NCBI GenBank assembly: GCA_022750415.1
Contig: JAKIVT010000003.1
Span: forward strand, 1 to 56,731
Direction: 5' to 3'
Length of the DNA stretch: 56,731 bases
DNA from: Thermoplasmata archaeon
GTDB lineage: Archaea > Thermoplasmatota > Thermoplasmata > Lutacidiplasmatales > UBA184
This document shows, one piece after another, positions 36,518 through 44,472 of this stretch. A model generated the notes under the pieces. It was given only the letters and a program-made list of their open reading frames with translations, was not told the origin of the DNA and did no database searches. The translations under genes were made by a program, and so were the position numbers. How positions within the stretch are numbered: the stretch's first letter is position 1; every line of letters begins with the position of its first letter.

Positions 36518-37912
36518 TCACCGACCGGAGGACGGGAGTCCGTCGAGCTGATCCATCAATTCGTCGAGGTCCCGGGGCGACGCGGACGGATGGGTTCGAC
36601 CGACTCCCACCGGTGGTGCCGGTGCGACCTCGGGCTCGGGAGAGGTCGCGTCCGGACGCCCCCCGGGTCGGTCGTCGGTGGGAATCGCCCCGGGAGGGGG
36701 ACCGTTTTGGGGCGGGCCCGACCCCGCAGCGGTGCTCCCCCGGCGCCTCCCGACGTGGACGGCCAGCCATCCGATCGCCGCCAGGAACGCGATGGCAAGG
36801 GCGGCGGTCACGAGCGGTCCGAACGGGGCCGACGTCGAGGCGGATGGGAGGGTTGTCCCGGCTCCTCCGCCCGGCGCCGACGGGGTCCCGCCGGAGCCCC
36901 CGGTCCCGTTTCCGGGGGGGGCGGATCCGTTGCTCGTCACGGCCAAGCTGGTCGACGCGTTCGTCTTGTCGCCGACGGCGTCACGGACCAGGCAGGTGAC
37001 CGCGTACGTGCCGGTCTTCGTGAAGACGTGGCTGACGTTTCGTCCCGCCGCGGTGGCGCCGTCGCCAAACTTCCAGTCGTACAGCCGGGGCGAAGTCCCC
37101 CCGGTCGCGAGGCAAGAGAACGCCCCTCGGACCCCCTGAACGAGCGTGGTGGGGGCGGAGACGACCGTCGCCGCGAGTGGGCCGGGGATGTCGCTCCGGG
37201 CGCCGTTCGAGATGGAGACCGAGGGGGAGGAGAACGACGCGCAGTTCGAGGCGTTCTGGCAGCCGTCGGCGGTTTGGACCTCGAAGAGGTACGAGCTCCC
37301 AGGATGGAGACCGGTGACCGTCGCGGTCCGCTCCGACTCGCTCGGGTTCACGGTGACGGTCGTGAGGTTGCCGCCGTTGACCGAGTCGAGGACCGTGTAG
37401 GAGACGAATCCCACCTCATTCCCGTACCTCGCGGAGTTCGTCCAGGAGAGGTTGACCGAAGTCGCACCGGCGAGCGCGACGGCGAGCGAGGCGGTGCGGG
37501 GTTGGGGCTGCGTGACCACGTTCGAGATGACGGGGGACAGCCCGGTCTGATTCATCACGACCCTCCACCAGTAGGTCGTCCCGGGGTTCAGTCCGTCCTG
37601 GTAGAGGGTGGTGGCGAGCGCGTTGGTGGGGGTCGCCACGGAGGTCCACGGCCCCCCCGAGCCGCCCGTCGAACGGTCGACCTCGTAGTTGGTGAACAGG
37701 AGCGACCCGCCCCCGGCCGGTGTCCAGCTCAAACCAATCCCCCCGGGCGAGTCGCCCGCGACCGAGAGCGTGATCCCCCCGAACGGCCGGGCCGCCGACG
37801 CGCTGGGCAAGGACGGTGCGATCAGGAGCGCGAAGAGCACGAGCGTGCTGACCCCGATCGTCCATCGGCGGACAGGAGCAACGACGTGGGAGGTCGCGAC
37901 GGGTTGCCGCAA
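36518..37912 (-). CDS. single-pass membrane protein: 2x FN3-like plus PKD ectodomain, TM helix, Pro-rich cytoplasmic tail
   Basis: Signal/TM WTIGVSTLVLFALLIAPSLPSASA. FN3-like units (LSWTP...YEV...PGTTYWWRV and LSWTN...YTV...LHPGSSYLFEV). PKD unit (YDWKFGDGA...HVFTKTGTYAVTCLVRD). TM LVTAALAIAFLAAIGWLAV. An 80-aa Pro-rich tail ends in DLDELMDQLDGL. TTG start. Confidence 0.7.
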   Translation of the reverse strand: MRQPVATSHVVAPVRRWTIGVSTLVLFALLIAPSLPSASAARPFGGITLSVAGDSPGGIGLSWTPAGGGSLLFTNYEVDRSTGGSGGPWTSVATPTNALATTLYQDGLNPGTTYWWRVVMNQTGLSPVISNVVTQPQPRTASLAVALAGATSVNLSWTNSARYGNEVGFVSYTVLDSVNGGNLTTVTVNPSESERTATVTGLHPGSSYLFEVQTADGCQNASNCASFSSPSVSISNGARSDIPGPLAATVVSAPTTLVQGVRGAFSCLATGGTSPRLYDWKFGDGATAAGRNVSHVFTKTGTYAVTCLVRDAVGDKTNASTSLAVTSNGSAPPGNGTGGSGGTPSAPGGGAGTTLPSASTSAPFGPLVTAALAIAFLAAIGWLAVHVGRRRGSTAAGSGPPQNGPPPGAIPTDDRPGGRPDATSPEPEVAPAPPVGVGRTHPSASPRDLDELMDQLDGLPSSGR

Positions 37913-38187
37913 GGTGCACCGGTCGAATGGACCACGGGACGGCTTAGATAGGGTCCGTAACCTCTGCGGAAGGCTCTACCGAGCCGGTACCGGCCGACCG
38001 TCGGAGAGGGGCGGGCCGACGATCCGACCCGCTCCCTCCGGGCGGTGGGCCCACGGGGAACGGCGGTCGCTTGGCCCCCCGTTCCGGCGGTGCGGTGCCG
38101 GACGACCGAGCCCGGGAGGGTGACGGCGTTCCCGAGTTCCCCGTTCGTTCTCCGGGGAATTATCCGCCCGTGCGGGGTGGGGACGGC

Positions 38188-38385
38188 ATGGCGAACGGCA
38201 CGGGGCCGGCACCGTTCGTGAGCCGGGCGGTCAAGGCGGCCCGCGGGTCGGCGTCGCTCCGGGTCACGATCCCCCAGGTGGTCGCCTCCACGTTGGGCCT
38301 CCAACCCGGCGACGAGCTTCGGTGGTACCTCGACCCGCACTCGGGCTCGGTCCGGGTCGAAAGCGGGTCGCGACGGTCCGAGTGA
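38188..38385 (+). CDS. AbrB/MazE/SpoVT-type DNA-binding protein (antitoxin-like), 65 aa
   Basis: RGSASLRVTIPQVVASTLGLQPGDELRWYLD is a swapped-hairpin SpoVT-AbrB motif. Start set at ATG 38188 within the longer 38071 ORF. Confidence 0.6.
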   Translation: MANGTGPAPFVSRAVKAARGSASLRVTIPQVVASTLGLQPGDELRWYLDPHSGSVRVESGSRRSE

Positions 38386-38420
38386 GCCGGCCGGTCCGAA
38401 ATCCCGCCCGTTCGGATCGC

Positions 38421-39620
38421 TCAGGCGTCGGGCGAGCGGGGGGGGCGATGTCGGCGGGTCGCGGGCGCGTGGAGCCGCCGGCGGCCGGCTCCGCCCGGTT
38501 GGGCGTCCATCGGGGTGGCCGGTCGGGACAGGTCCGGCACGAGGGACGGGGGGGACGTCACGCGGAACCGCTTCCCCCGCGTCTTCCCGAGCGATTCGAG
38601 GAGGCCGCGCCGGACGAGGTCGTTCAGGTGGCGGAGGATCGTCTGCTCGCCCCGCGCGCCGACCCACCGGATCGCCTCGCGGGTCGAGAACCAGCCCGGG
38701 TCGCGGCGGGCCCGCGCGAGGATTCGGAGCGGCGCTTCTTCGAGCCGGTCCGGCCCCGCAGCTCGCCCCAGCCAGCGGCCGTTGGCCTCCGTGTACGCTT
38801 CGACGACGGTGTCGAGGGCGTGGTCGAGGAGCTCCTGGTAGCCACCGGTCGCCTCGGCCCAGAGCAGGAGGCGGACCATCAGGTCCCGGGATCGCTGGCC
38901 CACTCGGGGGAGAGCGGTCATCGCGACGTTGGGAAGCCCAAACAACCGCAGATACAGGATTGCAAGGGTCCGTCCGACGGCGACGTTCCCCGCCGGGAAC
39001 GGGCGGATTCCGTAGATCGATTGGAACAGGACCGTCGCCGGGATTAACGGGTGGTACGTCGGGCCGACCCGGTCGACCCACTCGAGCACCGATTCGAGGT
39101 CGGGGACGATCGCGTCGGCCGGGCACGCCGAGAACACCTCGACGCCGTCGACATCGGTGATGACGAACGGTTCCGCTCGGAGTTCCCCTGGCGCACCGGG
39201 AGCCCCGAGGTCGGCGAGGAGGGACGCGTGCACTTCTTGGAGGAGGGCGACGTTCCACGGAGGGCGGAACCGCGCGGCCTCGGCCGCGAGTCGGACCTCA
39301 TTGAGGGCGAACCGTTGGCGGGCCCCACCGCCGGGTCCCGTCCCGGAGCCGGGGGGAGCCGGGGCCCCCACCGCCGGCCGCCCAGGGAGGAAGACTCCCC
39401 CCGGCCCCGGGTTCCCCTCCAGGTCGCCGGCGACGATCCCCGCGTAGTCGCCCGGCCCGAGCACGGCCCGGTCGAGCTCGTGGTCGAGCGTGTAGACCCG
39501 GGAAAGCCGGAGGGCGAAATCGAACGGGGCGGAGATGGCCGGGCGGAACGGCGTGCGCGAGCGGTACACCACGGGGGTCCGCGGGTAGCAATGGCCGAAG
39601 CGGGCCACGCTGACGGCCAT
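38421..39620 (-). CDS. Fic-fold protein with degenerate active-site motif and C-terminal winged helix
   Basis: YHPLIPATVLFQSIYGIRPFPAGNVAVGRTLAILYL aligns to the Fic core HPFxxGNGRxxR but reads RPFPAGNVAVGR (38970-39005). The C-terminus ILRHLNDLVRRGLLESLGKTRGKRFRVT is wHTH-like. ATG 39620 has a TATA 28 nt upstream. Confidence 0.65.
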   Translation of the reverse strand: MAVSVARFGHCYPRTPVVYRSRTPFRPAISAPFDFALRLSRVYTLDHELDRAVLGPGDYAGIVAGDLEGNPGPGGVFLPGRPAVGAPAPPGSGTGPGGGARQRFALNEVRLAAEAARFRPPWNVALLQEVHASLLADLGAPGAPGELRAEPFVITDVDGVEVFSACPADAIVPDLESVLEWVDRVGPTYHPLIPATVLFQSIYGIRPFPAGNVAVGRTLAILYLRLFGLPNVAMTALPRVGQRSRDLMVRLLLWAEATGGYQELLDHALDTVVEAYTEANGRWLGRAAGPDRLEEAPLRILARARRDPGWFSTREAIRWVGARGEQTILRHLNDLVRRGLLESLGKTRGKRFRVTSPPSLVPDLSRPATPMDAQPGGAGRRRLHAPATRRHRPPRSPDA

Positions 39621-39644
39621 GGCCCACGCTCGCCGGGACTCTGC

Positions 39645-39652
39645 GATATACC
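39645..39652 (-). promoter_or_regulatory. TATA box (GGTATATC, minus sense) of the Fic-like gene
   Basis: Centred about 28 nt upstream of ATG 39620. Confidence 0.5.
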
Positions 39653-39813
39653 TTGGGGGAAGCGAGTAACCTCCACGGTCGGCGGTCGGGGCAGCGGGTG
39701 GCGAATCTCCCGCGGGAGCCCGCGCTGCCCGGTTCAGATTCCCACCCTCGCGAACTCGCGATCCACGCCCGAAGGTGGCCGCGACGAGGGGGGCCGAGGG
39801 AACGGCGCCGCCG

Positions 39814-41811
39814 TCATCGATCCGTGCCGGGGGCTCGAACGGCCTGCCCCGCGGGCCGGGCCATCGGCTCGACGGGGAGCCCACCAATCGTGCCGGTCGC
39901 AACTCCCAGCCCCGCTGGCTGCACGGCGGAGGCGGGCGAGGGGGGAGCAAGGGCCCCGACGAGCAGGAACGTTCGAGGCAGGTTCACCAGCAGAATTCCC
40001 TGCGACGGGACGGTGTAGCCGGTCGCGAGCCGGGCCAACGCCTTCAGGGGTCCGGACAGGGTCGAATTCCAATGGAACACCGTCGCGAGCCCGGTCGCGA
40101 CGACGTGGAGGCCGAGCGAGAGGTCGATGGAGTGGGTCGGGTTGGCGTTGACGACCAAGATGCTTTCCGTGGTCGCGTTCGTCGTGGTGACCGCCCAGAC
40201 GTTCGGGACGACCGTGGAGACGTGGTCCGCGGTCACGGAGCCCCGGGCCATGTGGGCGAGGATCCCGGAGAACAGCGAACCGCTCGGTCCCGGAGTTCCG
40301 TGGTATCCGAGGAGGGCGTATCCGTACTCGGTCGTGGAACTCGATTCGAGGTCGAATACGGTCAGCTGGCTCACGTTCCCCGTGAGCGCTTGGGCGACGG
40401 ACGCGGCGAGGAACACCGCGTTCGCGTAGGTTCCGGCATGATTGGAGGGGGTCCAGCCCGGCCCGGCGTTGAACTCGTTGACGAACACCGGTAGCTTCCC
40501 GCACCCGGTGCAGGCCAAGGCGGCGGCGGCGTGGACGGCCGCGACCGAGCCCGTCACGTTGTCCGGACCGGCGAGGGGGGCATCGAACTGCGCGAGCGTC
40601 TCGGTCGCGGACCAGCTCGAAGGGTAGACGTGGACGGCGAGCGCCGAGATTCCGGGCCCATCGACCTTGGCCACGTCTTGGAACCACAGGGTATTGCACG
40701 AGCACGCCGCCTCGATCCCGATGAACTTGGCGCCGGGGTCCACCGCTTTGACCGCGGCCATCGCGGACTTCACGTCGTACGCGTAGGCGAGGGGCGAAGA
40801 CGGGGAGTTGTCGGTGGACTTCCAATGGTTCCAGGCGATCCCGTAGTGGGTCCAACCCGTCGGCTCGTTACCGATCGACCAATAGTCCGGTTGGAACCCG
40901 ACCGTTCGCACGATCCATTTGGCGATCGCCGCGTCCTCCCGCGAGTTGTTGTTCTCCCCGGGGAGGTTCAGGATCGAATGGCAGTGGGGGGTCGTGGAGT
41001 CGCACCACGTCTTGAGCGAGCTCAGGTCGAAGCCGCAGCCGGTCGAGGCGACCCCATCCGGACTGTACGACCGGTCGACGGAGATGTTGCACTCGTCCGT
41101 CCCTTGGCCGTACCGGACCCAGGTGAACGGGACGGAGGCGAGGTAGCCGGTGACGGCGGTGCTCGACGAAATGCACGTCGCGCACGACGTCTGGGCATCG
41201 ACGGACCAGAAAGTTCCCGGGGTGACGGCAACGACCGACCCGGTGACGAGAGCCGCGGCGCTCGCGGAGAGGCCCGGCGCCGCGACGACGACCTGAACGG
41301 AGCTCGACGCGGTCGCTCCGCTGGCATCGGTGACCTGGAACGTCGCGATGTACGTCCCGGCCGAATCGTACGAGTGGGAGGGGGAGAGCTCGGTGCTCGA
41401 GTTGGAGTCGCCGAACGACCAGGCGACGGAGAACGGGGCGGTCGCCCGGGCCACCGAACCTTGGAACGTGACCGGGAGGGGAGCCACCCCCGAGAGAGGG
41501 GTCGCCGAAGCGTTCGCCGACATCGCCTGACGTTGGTCGGTCCTCGGAGGGGCGGGCGACCCGAGGCCGAACGGAGGGTGGAGGACGGCGGGGACGTAGA
41601 CCCCACCCGAAAGGAGGAGCCCGAGGACCAGGCCGAGAACACCGAGGAGCGCGACAACGCCCAACGTCCGGCCGCCCCGGTCCGCCGACCGACCTCGCCG
41701 GTGGGCCGGCGAGAGGGGGGAGACCCGGGATCGGGCCGGTCCGGGCGGGGAGCCCTCGGACGGGCGACGACCGGGGACCGGTGGGGAGTGGGCAGGGGAA
41801 ATCGGCGTCAC
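39814..41811 (-). CDS. membrane-anchored PKD domain plus clan GH-A (TIM-barrel) glycoside-hydrolase-like protein
   Basis: N-terminal TM (LGVVALLGVLGLVLGLLLSGG). PKD unit (PLPVTFQG...WSFGDSN...HSYDSAGTYIATFQVTD). Candidate acid/base WSIGNEP and nucleophile FVNEFN motifs. GH family not determined. Confidence 0.55.
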   Translation of the reverse strand: MTPISPAHSPPVPGRRPSEGSPPGPARSRVSPLSPAHRRGRSADRGGRTLGVVALLGVLGLVLGLLLSGGVYVPAVLHPPFGLGSPAPPRTDQRQAMSANASATPLSGVAPLPVTFQGSVARATAPFSVAWSFGDSNSSTELSPSHSYDSAGTYIATFQVTDASGATASSSVQVVVAAPGLSASAAALVTGSVVAVTPGTFWSVDAQTSCATCISSSTAVTGYLASVPFTWVRYGQGTDECNISVDRSYSPDGVASTGCGFDLSSLKTWCDSTTPHCHSILNLPGENNNSREDAAIAKWIVRTVGFQPDYWSIGNEPTGWTHYGIAWNHWKSTDNSPSSPLAYAYDVKSAMAAVKAVDPGAKFIGIEAACSCNTLWFQDVAKVDGPGISALAVHVYPSSWSATETLAQFDAPLAGPDNVTGSVAAVHAAAALACTGCGKLPVFVNEFNAGPGWTPSNHAGTYANAVFLAASVAQALTGNVSQLTVFDLESSSTTEYGYALLGYHGTPGPSGSLFSGILAHMARGSVTADHVSTVVPNVWAVTTTNATTESILVVNANPTHSIDLSLGLHVVATGLATVFHWNSTLSGPLKALARLATGYTVPSQGILLVNLPRTFLLVGALAPPSPASAVQPAGLGVATGTIGGLPVEPMARPAGQAVRAPGTDR

Positions 41812-42171
41812 CTCGCAGTGACCGTACAGGAGCGGGCGGAGTACTTAGTAACCGTCCTGTTAGGAACAGTCTCATTCGACCATTAGTTACAGATTGGGAA
41901 TGGGATACGCACATTTTTGGTCTGTTTCTGTGAATATTGACACATTTCCAGTTCGGAACGATGGAATGATTCGGTTCTCTGCCGGGGCCGTGGCCCGGCA
42001 CTCGGATCCGCCGCATCGCCCCCCTCGTCCGCACGGCTCCTGGGCTCGAAGCGGCCGGCCCGCCCGAACGGCGCCCAACGAGCTTCCCCGACGGTTACGG
42101 AGCGCGCTTATCTGACCGCGGCCAAGGAATCCCATCCGTGGCCCCGACAAGGGCCGGGGAGGGCGACGACG

Positions 42172-43521
42172 ATGGGACGACCGGAACCACCGAAGGCGGG
42201 AGGGGCGATTTCGGGTCGGATCTCCTCCGCCCGTTCCCCGGCCTCGGGGACCCGCGACTCCCTTCGGCGGGGCGCTCCCGTCGGGGTTCGGGGGTTCGCC
42301 GCAATCGCCGCGGCGATTGCCATCGTCGGCGGTCTCCTCCTCCTCGGGCTCCCCGCCGGGCCGGTGCCGGGAGGTCTCGCTCCGGTCGGTTCGACCGACC
42401 CGCCGGCGCACCGGGTCCCGGCGCCTCCGGGGGTACCGCCCGTGGGGAATTCCTCGTCCTCCTCCTCGCCTGCCACCAGCTGCAATCGGGTCACCACGCC
42501 GACCCCCTCCTCGATCCTCGTCCCGTTGCCCGGCCCGACCGGGACGCTCGCGGCGGGAGGAAGCCTGGGCGTGGCGTTCGAGTTCTCCGTGGCCAACTCC
42601 TCGCCGGCGAGCTCCGGCGCGACGGTGGACGTCCCGAGCGTGTTCGCCACGTTCCCACTTCAGTCGGGCGGGTCCGCCTCGGTGTACCTCCCCCCCCATT
42701 CATTCCCGGTCGCGGGATCCGGATGGCTCAACGGCTCCCGCTCGACGGGCTCGACGCCGACGGTGAACGCTCTCGCCTTCGCGAGCAACGGGTCGGCGCT
42801 GCTCTCGAGCCAGAAGATCGCGGTGCTCGCGAACACCCCCTACGGCGCTCTCACGCTCCAGGTACGGTGGCAGTGGACCGTCACCTCTCCGAACGGCTCG
42901 ACAACGACAGGGGCGTGGAGCGTCCCCACGGCGTCGTCCGGGTGGCCCACCTCGGTCCCGAGCATCTTCGAGCCGGCGCCCGTCGTCACCCGCGTGTCGG
43001 AGACCGGCCCCAACGGGACGATCGGCACCAACTTCACCGCCCAATTGGGCGGGAACGTTTCCGGCCGGTACTTCTTCCTCGAGCTCGAGGCCGCGTCGAC
43101 GGGGAAGGTCACCCAGAGCCACGGGGAGACCGCCCCGGTCGGCGCGACGGCCGCCAACGTCACGATCGTCCTGCTGAACTACGACCGGTATCTTTACCCG
43201 GGAAACTACCTCGTCCACATCCACGACGCCTGCGGGGCGCTCCTGTTGAGCCTCCCCGTGAAGGCGACGTACGCCGCCTCGGCGACCCTCACCGTCTACG
43301 TCCAGCCCGCGTCGTGCGGGCCCGTCACCTTCCAAGGGACGACGTACGGGAACGACCGCTCCTTCTCCGTCACCCCGTCCTCCACACCGTACTCCGTCTC
43401 GGTCCCGGTTTGCTCCGGGCACCCGTTCAAGGGTTGGCATTTCTCGGGAGGGGTGTACCTCGCCTCCGCAACGAAGCTCCTCGTCAGTTCGAGCGGGACG
43501 TTCACGGTCCTGTACTCGTAA
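42172..43521 (+). CDS. N-terminally anchored extracellular protein, unknown family
   Basis: TM FAAIAAAIAIVGGLLLLGL, a Pro/Ser linker, then a beta-rich body with sequons. GGAGG lies 9 nt upstream of the ATG. Confidence 0.55.
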   Translation: MGRPEPPKAGGAISGRISSARSPASGTRDSLRRGAPVGVRGFAAIAAAIAIVGGLLLLGLPAGPVPGGLAPVGSTDPPAHRVPAPPGVPPVGNSSSSSSPATSCNRVTTPTPSSILVPLPGPTGTLAAGGSLGVAFEFSVANSSPASSGATVDVPSVFATFPLQSGGSASVYLPPHSFPVAGSGWLNGSRSTGSTPTVNALAFASNGSALLSSQKIAVLANTPYGALTLQVRWQWTVTSPNGSTTTGAWSVPTASSGWPTSVPSIFEPAPVVTRVSETGPNGTIGTNFTAQLGGNVSGRYFFLELEAASTGKVTQSHGETAPVGATAANVTIVLLNYDRYLYPGNYLVHIHDACGALLLSLPVKATYAASATLTVYVQPASCGPVTFQGTTYGNDRSFSVTPSSTPYSVSVPVCSGHPFKGWHFSGGVYLASATKLLVSSSGTFTVLYS

Positions 43522-43570
43522 GCGGAGCGGGCCGCTCCTCCGCCGTCCGAGCCAGGGGCCTCCGGCCCGT

Positions 43571-44092
43571 TCACCGAGGGGTCGAGGCCCGCGGCGCGGT
43601 CGCCCTCGCCAGGGCTTCGGCGACGTGCGAGGCGAGGATCGGTTTCGTCATCGAGAGGATCCGCCCCGATTTCAACAACGGGGCGAGGAGGGGGCCCTCC
43701 GGCTCCGAAGCGGAGCAGATGATCACCCGAAGCTGGGGGTCGCGCTGGATCAGCTGGACCGCGAGCTCGGCCCCGTTCGCGGCGTACTTCCGCGGCGTGC
43801 CGTCCGGCTCGGTCCCGAGGTCCGAGGGTGGGCCCCCGCGCAGCTCGAGGTCGATGAACGCGATCTCCGGCATCCAGCGCGTGAACACCTGGAGCGCTTC
43901 GGGGACGTTCGCGGCGAGTCGAAGGTCCGGGAGCGTGACCCCGAGGCGGAGGAGGAGCCCTTGCAGGAGCCGACGGGCCGAGGGGGAATCCTCCACGACC
44001 AAGATCCGCTTGCCGAGGGCCGCCCCAATGTCCGGGGCGACGTCGCTCGCCACTTTCGCGACCCCCGGCGTCGCGTACGGCCGACCGCTCAT
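43571..44092 (-). CDS. stand-alone response-regulator receiver, atypical (N-terminal extension and loop insertion)
   Basis: KRILVVEDSPSARRLL...AFIDLEL(RGGPPSDLGTEPDGTPRKYAANG)...VIICSAS...SMTKP retains the acidic pocket, phospho-acceptor Asp, Ser/Thr and Lys positions. The ATG overlaps the upstream stop (ATGA). Confidence 0.7.
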   Translation of the reverse strand: MSGRPYATPGVAKVASDVAPDIGAALGKRILVVEDSPSARRLLQGLLLRLGVTLPDLRLAANVPEALQVFTRWMPEIAFIDLELRGGPPSDLGTEPDGTPRKYAANGAELAVQLIQRDPQLRVIICSASEPEGPLLAPLLKSGRILSMTKPILASHVAEALARATAPRASTPR

Positions 44093-44472
44093 CGTCCCCC
44101 CCACTTCGGGTGGAGGAGCGCGTCGACCACGTCCAGCAGCGCCCGGCGGTCGATCGGCTTCGTCACGTACGCGCTGCACCCGGCCTCCATCGCCTTCACC
44201 CGGTCGCCCTTCATCGCGAACGACGTGACCGCGAGGATCGGTACCGTCCCCGTCTCGGCCCGGCTCCGGAGCTCGCGGGTGAACTCGTAGCCGTCCTTCC
44301 CGGGGAGCCCGAGGTCCATCAGGATCAGGTCGGGGACCTTCCTGGCGATCGCGTCGGCCGCCTCCTCCGCGTCCGCGGCCCCCCGGATCGAGTACCCGGC
44401 GGCCGCGAGCACGACGGTGGCGAGCTTCAGATTCGTCGGGTTGTCCTCCACGATCAGGATCTCCGCCGTCAC
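44089..44472 (-). CDS. CheY-like stand-alone response regulator
   Basis: ILIVEDNPTNLKL...DLILMDLGLPGKDG...ILAVTSFAMKGD...YVTKPI is a canonical receiver. The GTG start overlaps the kinase stop (GTGA). Confidence 0.9.
   Translation of the reverse strand: MTAEILIVEDNPTNLKLATVVLAAAGYSIRGAADAEEAADAIARKVPDLILMDLGLPGKDGYEFTRELRSRAETGTVPILAVTSFAMKGDRVKAMEAGCSAYVTKPIDRRALLDVVDALLHPKWGGR

Noticed and set aside
37913-38187. The 275-nt GC-rich gap upstream of the AbrB-like gene contains stems (for example GGAACGG...CCGTTCC) and GGAA-containing loops. It was considered as an SRP RNA or other structured RNA.
   Set aside because: I could not trace the conserved SRP helix-8 or 5'-domain motifs, nor any other known RNA family. 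Stems of 6-8 bp arise by chance at this GC content. It needs a covariance-model scan before any call.
41945-41958. The TTTCCAGTTCGGAA dyad in the AT-rich spacer resembles the TTCCAGTGGAAA core of archaeal origin recognition boxes.
   Set aside because: There is a single copy only, with a different spacer length from the ORB core as I remember it. There is no orc1/cdc6 gene nearby and no flanking repeated ORB elements or extended AT-rich unwinding region.
41894-42115. A 73-aa ORF inside the AT-rich intergenic region.
   Set aside because: Its second half is Arg/Pro filler. There is no start-site support and no recognisable fold. It is more likely part of the 5' leader or promoter region of the 42172 gene.
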